From Lytechinus pictus (lineage: Eukaryota): a DNA stretch of 64,000 nucleotides. Positions within the stretch are counted from its first letter, which is position 1, and the number at the start of each line of letters is the position of its first letter. The notes below the pieces were generated by a model. The model was not told the origin of the DNA and searched no databases. It saw only the letters and a list, made by a program, of their open reading frames with translations. The stretch spans positions 806,001 through 870,000 of the forward strand of contig NC_087246.1 of the NCBI RefSeq assembly GCF_037042905.1. Reading direction: 5' to 3'. The position numbers and the translations under genes are program-made. Positions 13,782-26,100 of this stretch are shown piece by piece.

Positions 13782-16700
13782 CAGACTTCGGCGGTGACTT
13801 AGTGACCCTTGCCTATTTTTCAGATTTTTTTCAGAGGGGAATATCGTGCCTGATATTGAAAGTAGTAGTACCTAGAAGTATTACAGTTAGAATAATGTCA
13901 TCTAGTAATAATGATCTAGTGGTCAAATGATCTGTAGGCAGTAGGGTCAATTATTTCATGTTCTATAATTTCTTTTATCAAAATAGTTGATGCTAGAGTG
14001 CATTGATGCAGATTTAATTTGTCACGATTCAAGTTCTGGTACAATACTTGTTTCTTACATCATTGCTTTATCACAATGATGAAAGGAATGCTCTGATCTC
14101 TAGTGGACTGCAATGATACAAACCATATGGTTGATCAAGCACACTGAATAATGTCTCTTACCTTTATTTACATGGCAATGACAACAAAGTATGTGTATTG
14201 GAGTGTAGAACAGTAATTACACTGTCTGCAACTAATCAATGATGCATAAATATATGTTTGTTTTATGGATTATACTAAATACAGTTTTGATTTAAAGGAA
14301 CCAATACAGACAAGGGAATGTGTTAATAAAAAATGATTCAACCACCGCTCTGCTTGTAGAATCAAGTCAATTGATTTAGCCCATTTTAATGTGATCCTTG
14401 TTTCTTCAAAATGGCAATCATCACAGTTTATGAACAACAACATATCATGGTTGAAGTTTTGAGTATGCAAAGGCATACACATAGGCCCTTCATATATGTC
14501 TTAGTCTAATAATAATAATGCAATCAATAAGACCCTTGTATTGCTTTTGTTCCATACATGTGTATAATCACAGTTTTTATACATGATTTGCTCATAATTT
14601 ATTTTCTTATTCATTCAGCACAAGATTCTAGTGTTATTTCCTTCCATTAGATGTACATAGATTCTGATAGCCAGGAATGAATGAAAACCATCTCAGACTT
14701 GGCTCAATATGATACTGGACAGGAAGTTCTTGGATTAAAATGGGCTAACGTTTCTCAAATCAATTAATTCCTTAGCTACATGTATATACTTAGAGAAGCC
14801 AGACCATGTCATACACATGAATCCTACATTGTATGTAGGCCTATACACAGTCCATGCAATATATTGTACATGTAGCTTACATGTTTATTATAAACATGTA
14901 AACTTTTTACAAAGTGAACTAAACCCCCTGCCTGATTTTCATGTAATTAAGTATAGTTTCTGAAATGCCTACCTAGGTTTTATTTCAAATATTGAAATAA
15001 TATATTTGAATTGTGAACAAAACCTTGCATATCTTAGAATGGTAGAATTTGTGCTTTAAATTGGTATAAATAATCGTTCCAGTTTCCTTTGAAGCGCAAT
15101 GCTATGAGCATCAGAAAAACATCCAAACCTTGAACGTGATTATCTCAAAATCATGTTTGTTATGGACAGATATTAAAATCATTAAAATATACTGTAATAC
15201 TCAGGAGTCAATCCGATGTCATTATTTCAGTAGCTTTGAATTTGGCATCATCACCACCCCCTCCTGTTTCACTTTCACTTGGTGCCCACTATGTAATTTT
15301 TAATTATTTTTCAACTAAAAACATATTAATAACACTTTAGTTAAGACTTATTCTAAAAATAGCAGAATTAAGACATCTTTGAATTCTAATACCAAAGATT
15401 ACATCACCATCACTCTGGGGCCCATCTCGTGAAGAACTATTGTAAATTTTAATTGTAAGTTCAATGTCATCTATGAATTTGATTGGCTGCTGAGCCAACA
15501 TGGTAGTTGCCATGATGGCAGAGTTAAGATAGTTCTATCTCTTTATTAATCAGACCCCCTGAATACCTTTCACTTTTCTTCAATGGTATCCCATGTGAAT
15601 GGGGTGTGATGAATTTATTTGTAGTCTGAAATTATGAAGAGAAATGAGTGTATGTTTGTAGATTTCTGATGTCCTTTGATATACATGTATATATTCATGA
15701 ATTTTTGTTATATTTGTAAATAAAGCTAGAACTTTTTTTTCGTGTTTTAGCCTTGCTTTTGAATGGCAATAATGACTATGCTGACTTCAAATGTTGATCT
15801 ATGCATGTTTACCGTCTCATGAAAACTAAGTTAACTCAGGACAGTTTCAATATTGTATGTGTATATAGAAATAATATTAAGTTCTGTAAAGTATTTTCAC
15901 ACATTTCACGGTTTTCACATACTTGTAGATTTGCAATCTAATATTTAAGTAATAATGCCATCAGAAAAACTGCCTCTATTTAGTTTGTTAAGATTTTCAA
16001 AATAAATAGGGCCTTTATACTGAAAAATGTAAAGAGAGTAGAAGAGAAAAAGAAGATTCAATGTACATGTATGTATCCATGAACTTCAGATTTTACATGA
16101 ATATTGTGAATGTGATAGTTGTCACATAGATGATAAATCTGTGAGGTACACTGAAGCCTATGCCTGGCTAAGCTCAGGCAGAGGATGCTCTTATGACTCT
16201 ATAATAAATTTCTGATGTTAATTGGTTAAAAATTTGCTTGCCAAACTGACAGCTTGATTTATTCATTGCATCAATCAGGTTTGCTTCACAGGTGGTCAAG
16301 CAAAAAACAGTATTAACAGATAATATAGTCTAATTATCTGTTCCATATATAATGTCAATGTCCCCATTCACAGGCACAATTAGATAATCCAGTGAATGAA
16401 AAACAACAGATAGTTTGGATAAATTTCATAATCTTTTTGTTAATACTTTCATTAGTTTATACAGCACACTGAAGTCCAAATCTTTCAAGAGTGCTGTTTA
16501 TGATTACATTTAGTTCTCAGGAGATCCGAGATCCAAACTTTTTTTCAATTTTTTTAGTAAGCACCCCCCCCCTATGGGACCAGTTTTATGACCCTCCTCT
16601 TCTTATTAATAGTGACATTGAAACAACATAGCCAAATATTTCATACATTCTGTTCCATTTTTAAAGGAATGTAACTATGCATATCATAAGCTATGCACTG

Positions 16701-17078
16701 CACGTGAAAGAGGAATATATTCAAACTGAAATAAATCTTTAAAAAAAGGGAAAATCGCAAAGGGTTTGATACTGTAATATACATCAGTTAGGTTTTAGAT
16801 TCTCTTTCCAAATAGACCTTTTACATGTACTAACAAATACATGTTGTATGCATATGATTTAAACAATGATTTTGGGGGATTGTCAGACATACCATGAATG
16901 TACATGTATGCAAACTGATATTTAATAAAGTTGTAAGGTGTACCTTGTTATTAGGTTATCAGGAAAAAAACATCCATTTGAATCAGTTATTAAACAGGAC
17001 TATTGTGGCTTAATGAAATATTATATCAATAAATCATCAAACTCTTGTATTTTTGTTCTCTTTCTGTGACTTATACAG

Positions 17079-17156
17079 GGCTTACTCGTTAGTAGACTCA
17101 TCAAGGGTATCTACATTCCTCATATCAATACTACTCATTGTCTATGGAAGTTTCAG
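17079..17156 (+). CDS. SPPL3: SPPL3 exon (78 nt): [26 protein letters not shown]
   Basis: tttctgtgacttatacag acceptor, AG|gtaagc donor, translation matches SPPL3 N-terminal TM region. Confidence 0.95.
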
Positions 17157-20100
17157 GTAAGCATACTCTTGACTACTATTAGTGGGTTTTTTCCTCCACC
17201 TGGGCCCCATTGCATAAAAGTTACCATTATGGTAACTTTGCCATCCAGTGGTATCTTCCATGGAATCCTTGATTCTGATTGGCTGTTGAGCATCGTTACC
17301 ATGGTAGTTATTGTACAACGCCTACTTAGCTTGTTGTACGCGAGCAAATGAGAGGCTGAACGTCAAACATTCGTACCGTTGCACACAAGACGTACCTTCC
17401 AAAATGTACCGTACGTTGCACGGCTTTAGGAGGTGACATCACAATACGATTTAATTTATTGCGCTCAGTAAAAATGAATGTGCAATACGCGTATAAGCCT
17501 GCTGGCTAAATGCGCAATGCTGCCCAAGGTCATGTGCGCTTGTGGGATTTTGCTTTTCGGTTTCAGTAGTTTTGCTCCCTTTTCATAGATTACTACAGGG
17601 ATAAACTCTTGTTTTTTCATATTTTCGCTAAATTCCGAGGCGTTGTACAACACAAATAGCGAATATTCTTATTCGTGCAATGGTGCGAGATTTCTCATTC
17701 GGTGAAAAAAAGAGATGCTCTATTCAACTCGGCTAACGCCTCGTTGAATAGAGCATCTTTCTTTCACCTCATGCAAAATCTCGCACCATCGCACTCATGC
17801 CTATTCGCTATTTGTATACCATTGGATGGCAAAGTTACCATAATAGTAACTTTTATGCAACAGATCCTTAGGGGTGTTTCTTAAATATTTAAGTGTGACT
17901 TACAGTCATTCATAAATGCCAAAGCGAACATAATCTGATTGGTGAATATGCAGTTGTGCATGTCCTGTACGCTTGAACTGGCCAACTATACGATGCGTTA
18001 TATACCACTTCACGCAACTGAAATCTAAGTGTGAAGCTAAGTCACTCTTAAATCTTTGTGAAACATCCCCCAAATTATGGTGATGCTGGAGGTGGTGGTA
18101 TAAATAAATATCTTAATAATAATATTCATTATCATTATGATGATTACAAAGGTAATTTAATCATTTTAATAATTTTTTTTTTCTTGCCTTGATAGCAAAA
18201 CTGAGACATTCATGTTGGCCCTGATTTTTCAGCAGCAGTAGCCACATTGAAACCTTAAACAAGGTTAAGTTTTTGAAATATTATTTCTTTTAAAATATTT
18301 ATATGTCTTGGAACCTAGACGTAAGGATAATCATTTTCACTGAAAATTTTGCTGAAGTGTCAGGTCATGTGATCAAGATCAAAGGTCAATTAGAATCAAT
18401 GATCTCTGACCATGTGTATCAACATCAAAAACTTGAACAAGGTTAACATTTTGACTTTTCAAGATAATTTAAAATTATTCCTCACTATTCCATGATGGTC
18501 GCAACAAATGAATTAATTTAACATCTTAACATTTTTAACAATTAGCCAAAGATTGAGATTTAGAATTTTCAAGATAATTCCTAAATCATATGTATTTGTT
18601 TATTTTGCATGCAATAATGAACTATAAAACCACAAAATATAGTTCATATCAGGAGAAAGAAAGAATGGGTCTTGTACTGATGTATTATGAGTGCATGGCA
18701 AACTGAAACTACCCATGTTTGTCAGCAGGTGTGAAGGAGACATATGCCAACATACTTTATTATTAGAGAGTTTTAGGAGCAGTGAACGGCTGAATGCTTT
18801 ATTATTAGAGAGTTTTAGGAGCAGTGAACATCTTAGCAGTCGTCTGATCATCGAGTAACGTCGTCGTCTGCCCTTGTTCACTACAGATGCGAATACTTTA
18901 GATTTCACGCTGCTCGACCCGGAAGATCTGGCGTACCATCGCCTGGCGACCCGGTCGGGTGATGGGAAGGTGCAACTTGTGCACATGTGCCCTTTTACTT
19001 GCTTTGATTCCTTATTACGCGAGTTAGGATATATATCGATATATATTTTGGAGATCACAAAGCAATTTCAAATATGATAAACATAATGCATCGTACAACT
19101 TCGTTAATTTTTTGAAAAGTCACTGAAAACTGTGTTTTAAAAGGGAAAGGTTGATCTTCATGCTGAGCTTGAGCGGTTAAAATGACGTCACTCATGTGCA
19201 TGTCGACTTTGATTTAGGAGAATCGCAAAATGGATGTGTCGAGGTTCTCAATTCTGATAGTGGACGTGTGTAAGGACCTGAGGCATATGGCAGACCAAAA
19301 AATGACATCTCGTACCAGTCGTCTATGTCGACGTACGTTTCTAAAAGTGCTCAATGCTAACTCGGGGGCTCATGCTCATCTATATCATCTAATGATTTTG
19401 CCCAGATGTCTAATTTTTTAACCTTGACTAATATGTGTTTTGTGTAAATATTGAGCTGATTGTCAAATTGACATTATAATGTATAATGAACATGTTATGG
19501 TTCAAAATATTGATTTTTTACAAATCTTGTTTTACTCATGCAATGTACATGTAGTAAGTGCAAATGTGTGCATGGTCTTTTTTAAACTGACTTTTGAAAG
19601 CAGGATTGTATTTGTTAAAAAATAAATAAACCTTCGACATGAGCATAAAGAACAGGAAACCACAACCTACTCTTAATTTCTGTATTTATGGTATTATCTA
19701 TAAAATTTATAATATGGCATGATAAATTGGAATAAGCAATGTTACTCCAGAAATTGAATACATTAATGAACTAGACTTATATATACATGTAGATGTGTGT
19801 ATTGCACAAAAATATTTTTTTGTTTATCAATTAGTGTTGTCTGGGATACATGCATGTGGGTTTTTTTTGTCTTCAAGTTAAACCTGCTTGATATGAAATG
19901 ATTTTCATTAAGTGATTAATTAAGTTAGGCAAGAGGTTGCTAATAAATAAACAATTAATGTGATGATTCCATGGTGATATAGTGAACTGCTGATCAGTTA
20001 TTATTATTCATTAGATACATGTACATTAGACACGCTTGTACATGATGAAAGGGGCAGCTACTAGTCACGTAGTCTCAATCAACCACTCACCTCTTGATAT

Positions 20101-23100
20101 AAAGATGTCTTCAGCTGCCAGCTGGAAACATTTCATTTCATTTCATTAAGCTCTAGGTTTCATGTCCATGGCAACCAATGATCATGTCACCAAGTCTGAG
20201 ACATGGATTAATGTTCATTTTAATTTGAGAGAAATGTTCCAATGGGGTTTCCTGGGAGAAATTTCTTAGATATTTAGTGTTATTTTTCTGGGACTTGAGA
20301 TTCGTGTGAATATTATAAAAGATACAGCGCCACCACTGACCACCTGCCGCCGACCCGGCCCGCCACCGATTCCTCTGACGTCCGCATTCTTGCCATAAGT
20401 ACCCCGTGCTCGTTTAGCATCCTTCACTCCCGAAGACGGACGATTAACCTGCCCGAAACGTCGAGTAACCTCTCTTCAAATTCATGATATTCATAAATTG
20501 CGAGACAACCGTTTCTAAGAGAATTATCTAACTGTTCCATACACAACAAGGCAATCAAATCACATTCGTATCCCTAAATTTGAATACGAGTTTTCTTCTT
20601 CCACAATTATTTTAATTGGTCCAAAGCTATGGAATTTTTTAGATTCTAATATTAAAAGTTGCCCTAGACTGTCTAGGTTTAAAAAGGCATTTGTTACTCA
20701 TATGATAGAAATGTATACCCCCTGATTCTATTTTTAATTCACGAATAACTTGGTTTTTCTTTGTCTGATTATTTGTTTATGATCAATTAAATGTCTATAT
20801 TATGTTTGGAACAAGCCATTGATAGGCCTCATGCTTTTGTTTGTCCATCCACTTTTTGATAAAAAAAAGAGTAAAGTGGATTTTGATTTATAAAATTATG
20901 TTTTTATTTGAAGTATCTGTAACTGAGGTAAAAAAATGCCTTTGAAGTCAGCATTTAGCTCCTTTGCAACATGACTTATTGGAGTGGCCAGTCTCTTCCT
21001 TTCCTTCTTTCTCTCTTTCTCTATATCTCTACATTTTTCTCTGTATTACCTTGATCAGTTACAGATACTGAAGTTAACTTTGCTAACTTAAAGATTGTTT
21101 CGTAAAATACGACTATGTTTTTAATTTATTTAAAGTATTTTTAACTGAGGTAAGACTGACTTTGAAGTCGGCAGTTACAATGTAGCTCCTTTGCAACATG
21201 ACTTATTGGAGTAGCCAGTCTCTTTCTTTCTTTCTCTATATATCTCTACATCTTTCTCTTTATTACCTCGATCAGTTACAGATACTGAAGTTAAAAGCTA
21301 ACCTAAAGATGGTTTCGTGAAATACGAACAATATTTTTACTCTTAAGAGTGAAGTGGATTTTAACTGATAACATTATGTTTTCATGTGAAGTATCTTTAA
21401 CTGAGGTACAAGACTGACTTTGAAGTCAGCATTTAGCTCCTTTGCAACCTGACTTATTGGAGTAGCCAGTCTCTTTCTTTCTTTCATCTCTATATCTCTA
21501 CATCTTTCTCTTTATTACCTCGATCAGTTACAGATACTGAAGTTAGCTTTGCTAACCTAAAGATGGTTTCGTGAAATACGAACAATATTTTTACTCTTAA
21601 GAGTGAAGTGGATTTTAACTGATAACATTATGTTTTCATGTGAAGTATCTTTAACTGAGGTACAAGACTGACTTTGAAGTCTGCATTTAGCTCCGTTGCA
21701 ACATGACTTATTGGAGTAGCCAGTCTCTTCCTTCCTTTCTTTCTTCTTTATCTATATTTCCATTTCTCTGTATACCTCGATCGGTTACAGATACTAAAGT
21801 TAGCTTTGCTTATAATGTAAAGATTGTTTTGTGAAATACAAACAATATTTTTATTCTAAGAGTGAACATTATGTTTTCATGTGAAGTATCTTTAACTGAG
21901 GTAAAAGACTGACTTTGAAGTCTGCATTTAGCTCCTTTGCAACATGACTTATTGGAGTAGCCAGTCTCTTTCTTTCTTTCTCTATATATCTCTACATCTT
22001 TCTCTTTATTACCTCGATCAGTTACAGATACTGAAGTTAGCTTTGCTAACCTAAAGATGGTTTCGTGAAATACGAACAATATTTTTACTCTTAAGAGTGA
22101 AGTGGATTTTAACTGATAACATTATGTTTTCATGTGAAGTATCTTTAACTGAGGTACAAGACTGACTTTGAAGTCTGCATTTAGCTCCGTTGCAACATGA
22201 CTTATTGGAGTAGCCAGTCTCTTCCTTCCTTTCTTTCTTCTTTATCTATATTTCCATTTCTCTGTATACCTCGATCGGTTACAGATACTAAAGTTAGCTT
22301 TGCTTATAATGTAAAGATTGTTTTGTGAAATACAAACAATATTTTTATTCTAAGAGTGAACATTATGTTTTCATGTGAAGTATCTTTAACTGAGGTAAAA
22401 GACTGACTTTGAAGTCTGCATTTAGCTCCTTTACAACATGACTTATTGGAGTAGCCAGTCTCTTCCTTTCTTTCATCTCTATATCTCTACATCTTTCTCT
22501 TTATTACCTTCATCAGTTACAGATACTGAAGTTAGCTTTGCTAACTTAAAGATGGTTTCGTGAAATACGAACAATATTTTTACTCTTAAGAGTGAAGTGG
22601 ATTTTAACTGATAACATTATGTTTTCATGTGAAGTATCTTTAACTGAGGTACAAGACTGACTTTGAAGTCAGCATTTAGCTCCTATGCAACATGACTTAT
22701 TGGAGTAGCCAGTCTCTTTCTTTCTTTCTCTATACCTCTACATTTTTCTCTGTATACCTCGATCGGTTACAGATACTAAAGTTAGCTTTGCTTATAATGT
22801 AAAGATTGTTTTGTGAAATACAAACAATATTTTTAGTCTAAGAGTGAACATTATGTTTTCATGTGAAGTATCTTTAACTGAGGTAAAAGACTGACTTTGA
22901 AGTCTGCATTTAGCTCCTTTGCAACATGACTTATTGGAGTAGCCAGTCTCTTCCTTTCTTTCATCTCTATATCTCTACATCTTTCTCTTTATTACCTTGA
23001 TCAGTTACAGATACTGAAGTTAGCTTTGCTAACCTAAAGATTGTTTCGTGAAATACGAACAATATTTTTACTCTTAAGAGTGAAGTGGATTTTAACTGAT

Positions 23101-26100
23101 AACATTATGTTTTCATGTGAAGTGTCTTTAACTGAGGTACAAGACTGACTTTGAAGTCGGCATTTTGCTCCTTTGCAACATGACTTATTGGAGTAGCCAG
23201 TTTCTTTCTTTCTTTCTCTATATATCTCTACATCTTTCTCTTTATTACCTCGATCAGTTACAGATACTGAAGTTAGCTTTGCTAACCTAAAGATTGTTTC
23301 GTGAAATAAGAACAATATTTTTACTCTTAAGAGTGAAGTGGATTTTAACTGATAACATGTTTTCATGTGAAGTATCTTTAACTGAGGTACAAGACTGACT
23401 TTGAAGTCGGCATTTTGCTCCTTTGCAACATGACTTATTGGAGTAGCCAGTTTCTTTCTTTCTTTCTCTATATATCTCTACATCTTTCTCTTTATTACCT
23501 CGATCAGTTACAGATACTGAAGTTAGCTTTGCTAACCTAAAGATTGTTTCGTGAAATACGAACAATATTTTTACTCTTAAGAGTGAAGTGGATTTCAACT
23601 GATAACATTATGTTTTCATGTGAAGTATCTTTAACTGAGGTACAATACTGACTTTGAAGTCGGCATTTTGCTCCTTTGCAACATGACTTATTGGAGTAGC
23701 CAGTTTCTTTCTTTCTTTCTCTATATATCTCTACATCTTTCTCTTTATTACCTCGATCAGTTACAGATACTGAAGTTAGCTTTGCTAACCTAAAGATTGT
23801 TTCGTGAAATACGAACAATATTTTTACTCTTAAGAGTGAAGTGGATTTTAACTGATAACATTATGTTTTCATGTGAAGTATCTTTAACTGAGGTACAAGA
23901 CTGACTTTGAAGTCAGCATTTAGCTCCTCTGCAACATGACTTATTGGAGTAGCCAGTCTCTTCCTTTCTTTCATCTCTATATCTCTACATTTTTCTCTTT
24001 ATTACCTTCATCAGTTACAGATACTGAAGTTAACTTAAAGATAGTTTCGTGAAATACGAACAATAAGTTTATTCTAAGAGTAAAGTGGATTTTGATCAAT
24101 AAAATTATGTTTTTATGTAAAGTATATTTAACTGAAGTAAAAGACTGACTTTGAAGTCAGCATTTAGCTCCTCTGCAACATGACTTATTGGAGTAGCCAG
24201 TCTCTTTCTTTCTTTCTCTATATACCTCTACATTTTTCTCTGTATACCTCGATCAGTTACAGATACTGAAGTTAGCTTTGCTTATGAAGTAAAGATTGTT
24301 TCATGAAATGCGAACAATATTTTTAGTCTAAGAGTGAAGTCAATTTTATTTCATAAAATTATGTTTTTATGTGAAGTATCTTTAAGTTTAACTGAGGTAA
24401 AAGACTGACTTTGAAGTCAGCATTTAGCTCCTTTGCAACATGAATTATTGGAGTATCCAGTTTCTTCCTTCTTTTTTCTTTTTCTCTATATATCTCTACA
24501 TCTTTCTCTTTTTTTACCTCAATCAGTTACAGATACTGTAGTGAGCTTTGCTTACTTAAAGGCTTCAGAAATAAGAACATGCGATTTGAATGTTTTGTGA
24601 ATTGCGATCGGTTACATTTTGCTTAAGAGTGAAGTGGATTTAAACTTACACATTTATAAAATTGTGTTTTTGTTTGAAGTATCTTTAACTGAGGTAAAAG
24701 ACTGACTTTGAAGTCAGCATGTAGCTCCTTTTCAACATGACTTATTGGAGGAGCCAGTCTCTTCCTTTCTCTCTCTTCTTTCTCTCTCTTTCTCTCTATT
24801 TCTATTTCTTTCAAAATTCACAAAAAACGCTTTGTTGACCAATTTTGATTTTTTTGCTTCCATCTGGTAGAGCTTTTTGAGGTTCACCAAATTCTACACA
24901 GAATTTTGAAATTTTTTCTTGAACAATTTTTATGCTAATTTATGCAAAATTAATTTATGCATATTTTAAAAATTGACATAAAATGCTTCTTCTTTATTTG
25001 TTGATCAATTTTGAATTTTATTTCTTTCATCTGGTAGAGCTTTGTGAGGTCCACCAAACTTGTACACAGAATTTTGAAATTTTGTGTAGAAAATTATTTA
25101 TGATTTATGCAAAATTCATAAATTACAGAAAATGCCTCATCTTTATTTGTTGACTGAATTTCAAAAAAGTTTCTTCTTCATCATTTCAAGCCCGATTTCA
25201 ATTCTGTTTGCTTTATATGATAGCATTAGGCGGGGGATTCAAAACTTCTACACAGAATTTTGAAACTCATAAAATATGCTAATTTATGGGCATTTTTCAA
25301 AATTAAAAAAAAAATGCTCATTCTTCTTTATTTGTTGACTGATTTTAATTTTTTTTTCCATCTGGTAGAGCTTCATGAGTTTAACCAAACTTCTGCACAG
25401 AGTTTTGACATTTTGAGTAGAAAATTATTTATGCTAATTTATGCGAATTCATTCATAATTACAAAAAATGCTTCTTCTTCATTTGTTGACCATTTTTTTT
25501 TTCATCCATCTGGTAGAACTAAGTGAGGGTCACCAACTTTCAACACAGAATTCTAAAAAAAATTCCAGAAAAAAAAATATTTATGCTAATTTATGCAAAA
25601 TTTATTCATAAATCACTAAAAATACTTTTTCTCCTTCATGTGTTGATCAATTTCTAGTCTCTTCCTTTCTTTCATCTCTATATCTCTACATTTTTCTCTT
25701 TATTACCTCGATCAGTTACAGATACTGTAGTTAGTTTTGCTAACTTAAAGGAGAATGAAACTCTTGGAGCAAGTTAGCTTTTGTGAAAGCAGAAAAATCA
25801 AAGAATAAGATCAACAAAAGTTTGAGTAAAATAGGACTAGCAATAGAAGAGTTATGAGCATTTTAATGTAGAGATCACTAATGCTATGGAGATCCTCCCA
25901 TTGGCAACGCAACCAAGATCTATGATATCACAGATGAACAACTCTCCCCTTTTGGACACTGAAAATATACCCCAAAACATCTCTTTTTGCTCATTCTAAT
26001 CATATGACAAACGATTCATCAATGATATAATGTTGTGAAACCTCTGTACTTGTCCTCTCATAAAGAGAACACCTCACCTTGTGATAGATTCTATATAAGT

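Larger units (their letters stand above)
17202..17867. mobile_element. MITE with two nested insertions
   Basis: Outer arms ttgcataaaagttaccattatggtaactttgccatcca / tggatggcaaagttaccataatagtaacttttatgcaa. Confidence 0.8.

Noticed and set aside
18600..19077. 152-aa and 67-aa ORFs
   Set aside because: Overlap a probable MITE with a local duplication; no recognisable domain
20869..24810. CRISPR-like array, or repeated ORFs ([14 protein letters not shown]...) as genes
   Set aside because: Whole monomers repeat with no unique spacers, the context is eukaryotic, and the ORFs are by-products of the satellite
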